From positions 1 through 44,717 of the forward strand of contig JBOHVJ010000165.1 of assembly GCA_050735075.1 (NCBI GenBank): a DNA stretch of 44,717 nt, in the 5' to 3' direction. Position numbers and translations under genes: made by a program. A model generated the notes under the pieces. It was not told the DNA's origin. It did no database searches and saw only the letters and a list, made by a program, of their open reading frames with translations. Of the stretch, positions 43,425 to 44,717 are shown in pieces. Origin of the DNA: Candidatus Binatia bacterium. Its GTDB lineage: Bacteria; Desulfobacterota; Binatia; UBA9968. The stretch's first letter is position 1. Every line of letters starts with the position of its first letter.

Positions 43425-44690
43425 ATGGAGAAGGTCCTGTTACGGAATATTGAGATTCCTAACTCGCACACTCTAAGCGTCTACAGGTCGCGTCGGGGCT
43501 ACCGAGCCTGGGAAAAGGTGGTGCGGGAGATGTCCCCTGAGCGACTGATAGAGGAGATCAAAGCCTCCGGTCTTAGGGGTCGCGGCGGTGCAGGTTTTCC
43601 GACTGGGATGAAGTGGGGATTTGTGCCTAAAGACAGTCCTAAACCCAAGTATGTCGTTTGTAATGCCGATGAGAGCGAACCGGGAACTTTTAAAGATCGA
43701 CTCCTGATCGAAAAGGACCCCCACACTATCATCGAAGGCACTATACTTGCCGCCTATGCTATCAGCTCCCAGATGGCCTTCATCTATATCCGTGGAGAGT
43801 TTAGATTTGGATACAAAGTGCTGCAAAGAGCCATCGAGGAAGCAACGCAAGCAGGCTACCTAGGAAAGAATATTATGGGCTCTGGCTATGATCTAGACCT
43901 CATCCTTCACCGCGGCGCCGGCGCTTACATCTGCGGCGAAGAGACAGGCTTGCTCTCTTCTTTGGAAGGCGGCAGGGGCTGGCCTAAGGTCAAGCCTCCC
44001 TTCCCGGCAACCCATGGTCTTTTTGGTTGCCCGACCGTGGTCAACAACGTAGAGACTCTGGCAGCGCTCCCTTGGATCATCGACCAGGGCCCTGCCAAAT
44101 ATGCAGCTATGGGAACGGAAAAGAGCAAGGGGACTAAGCTCTTCAGCGTCAGCGGCCATATCCGTAAGCCCGGCGTCTATGAAATAGAGATGGGCTATCC
44201 CTTCAAGCGGTTTCTGGAGGAGGATTGTGGAGGAATCCCTAACGGAAGAAAGTTAAAAGGGGTCATCCCCGGCGGGGCCTCCATGCCGGTGCTGCGGGAG
44301 GATGAGATAGAGAATGTCCGGATGGACTATGAGTCGATGCAAGCAGCCGGGACTTTGCTTGGCTCCGGTGGAGTGATCGTTATGGATGATTCGACCTGCA
44401 TGGTAAAGGCGGCTTTGAATATTGCCCGTTTCTTTGCCCATGAGTCGTGCGGCCAGTGCAGCCCATGCCGTGAAGGCTGCCACTGGATGGAAAAAATCTT
44501 CCGGCGCATCGAGGGCGGGCAGGGGAGAAAAGAGGATTTGGATCTGATTCTTAACGTTAGTAGCAACATCATGGGAAACACGATTTGTCCCTTCGGTGAT
44601 GCCGCCGCCATGCCTGCCGCCGCCTTCATTAAAAAGTTTCGTGACGAGTTTGAGGAGCACATCAAGTATCAAAAGTGTACGGTCATCTAG
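43425..44690 (+). CDS. nuoF: NADH-quinone oxidoreductase subunit F (FMN/NADH-binding, N3 cluster)
   Basis: GRGGAGFPTGMKW, GAGAYICGEETGLL, ESCGQCSPCREG and ICPFGD. I preferred ATG 43425 (MEKVLL...). Confidence 0.93.
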   Translation: MEKVLLRNIEIPNSHTLSVYRSRRGYRAWEKVVREMSPERLIEEIKASGLRGRGGAGFPTGMKWGFVPKDSPKPKYVVCNADESEPGTFKDRLLIEKDPHTIIEGTILAAYAISSQMAFIYIRGEFRFGYKVLQRAIEEATQAGYLGKNIMGSGYDLDLILHRGAGAYICGEETGLLSSLEGGRGWPKVKPPFPATHGLFGCPTVVNNVETLAALPWIIDQGPAKYAAMGTEKSKGTKLFSVSGHIRKPGVYEIEMGYPFKRFLEEDCGGIPNGRKLKGVIPGGASMPVLREDEIENVRMDYESMQAAGTLLGSGGVIVMDDSTCMVKAALNIARFFAHESCGQCSPCREGCHWMEKIFRRIEGGQGRKEDLDLILNVSSNIMGNTICPFGDAAAMPAAAFIKKFRDEFEEHIKYQKCTVI

Positions 44691-44717
44691 GGAGCAGGGA
44701 TCTGTTTGCTTTTATGG

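Overview
This 44.7-kb window is a chromosomal segment from a moderate-GC bacterium. I found no rRNA, tRNA or CRISPR array by eye, and I cannot assign a taxon from the sequence alone. The composition is mosaic.

(1) nt 1-6650 is an accessory, defence-like block. A 5'-partial histidine-kinase-like GHKL ATPase, a receiver-domain protein with an unrecognised C-terminal domain, and an unrecognised 258-aa protein with a His/Asp cluster are packed 6-16 nt apart. They sit directly against a gamma-class N6-adenine DNA methyltransferase, followed by a putative PD-(D/E)XK restriction endonuclease and two head-to-head unknown ORFs. This is my best candidate for an undescribed system.

(2) A markedly GC-richer MetE-type methyltransferase gene follows.

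(3) A higBA-type toxin-antitoxin cassette lies next. The toxin carries a 1-nt frameshift. The cassette is bracketed by a perfect 39-bp direct repeat that duplicates the 3' end of larC.

(4) A GC-rich block of hydrolase, bicupin and amidohydrolase genes follows.

(5) An 11-gene complex I operon (nuoABCDHIJKLMN) has no nuoEFG. Palindromic repeat elements are inserted in its intergenic spacers, and a decayed PIN-type TA remnant is coupled to the nuoN stop codon.

(6) Housekeeping genes follow: a GarR-like reductase, MlaC, E1 alpha and beta of a 2-oxoacid dehydrogenase, a GST-SBP pair, cytochrome c and groESL.

(7) A 2.7-kb rearrangement scar holds a truncated IS91-family transposase, an HTH/Zn-ribbon regulator, a cupin, an hsp20 fragment and an htrA fragment.

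(8) A second, paralogous nuo cluster (nuoA-C-D-E-F...) has no nuoB.

All functional calls rest on motifs read by eye and on recalled family signatures. No database search was run.
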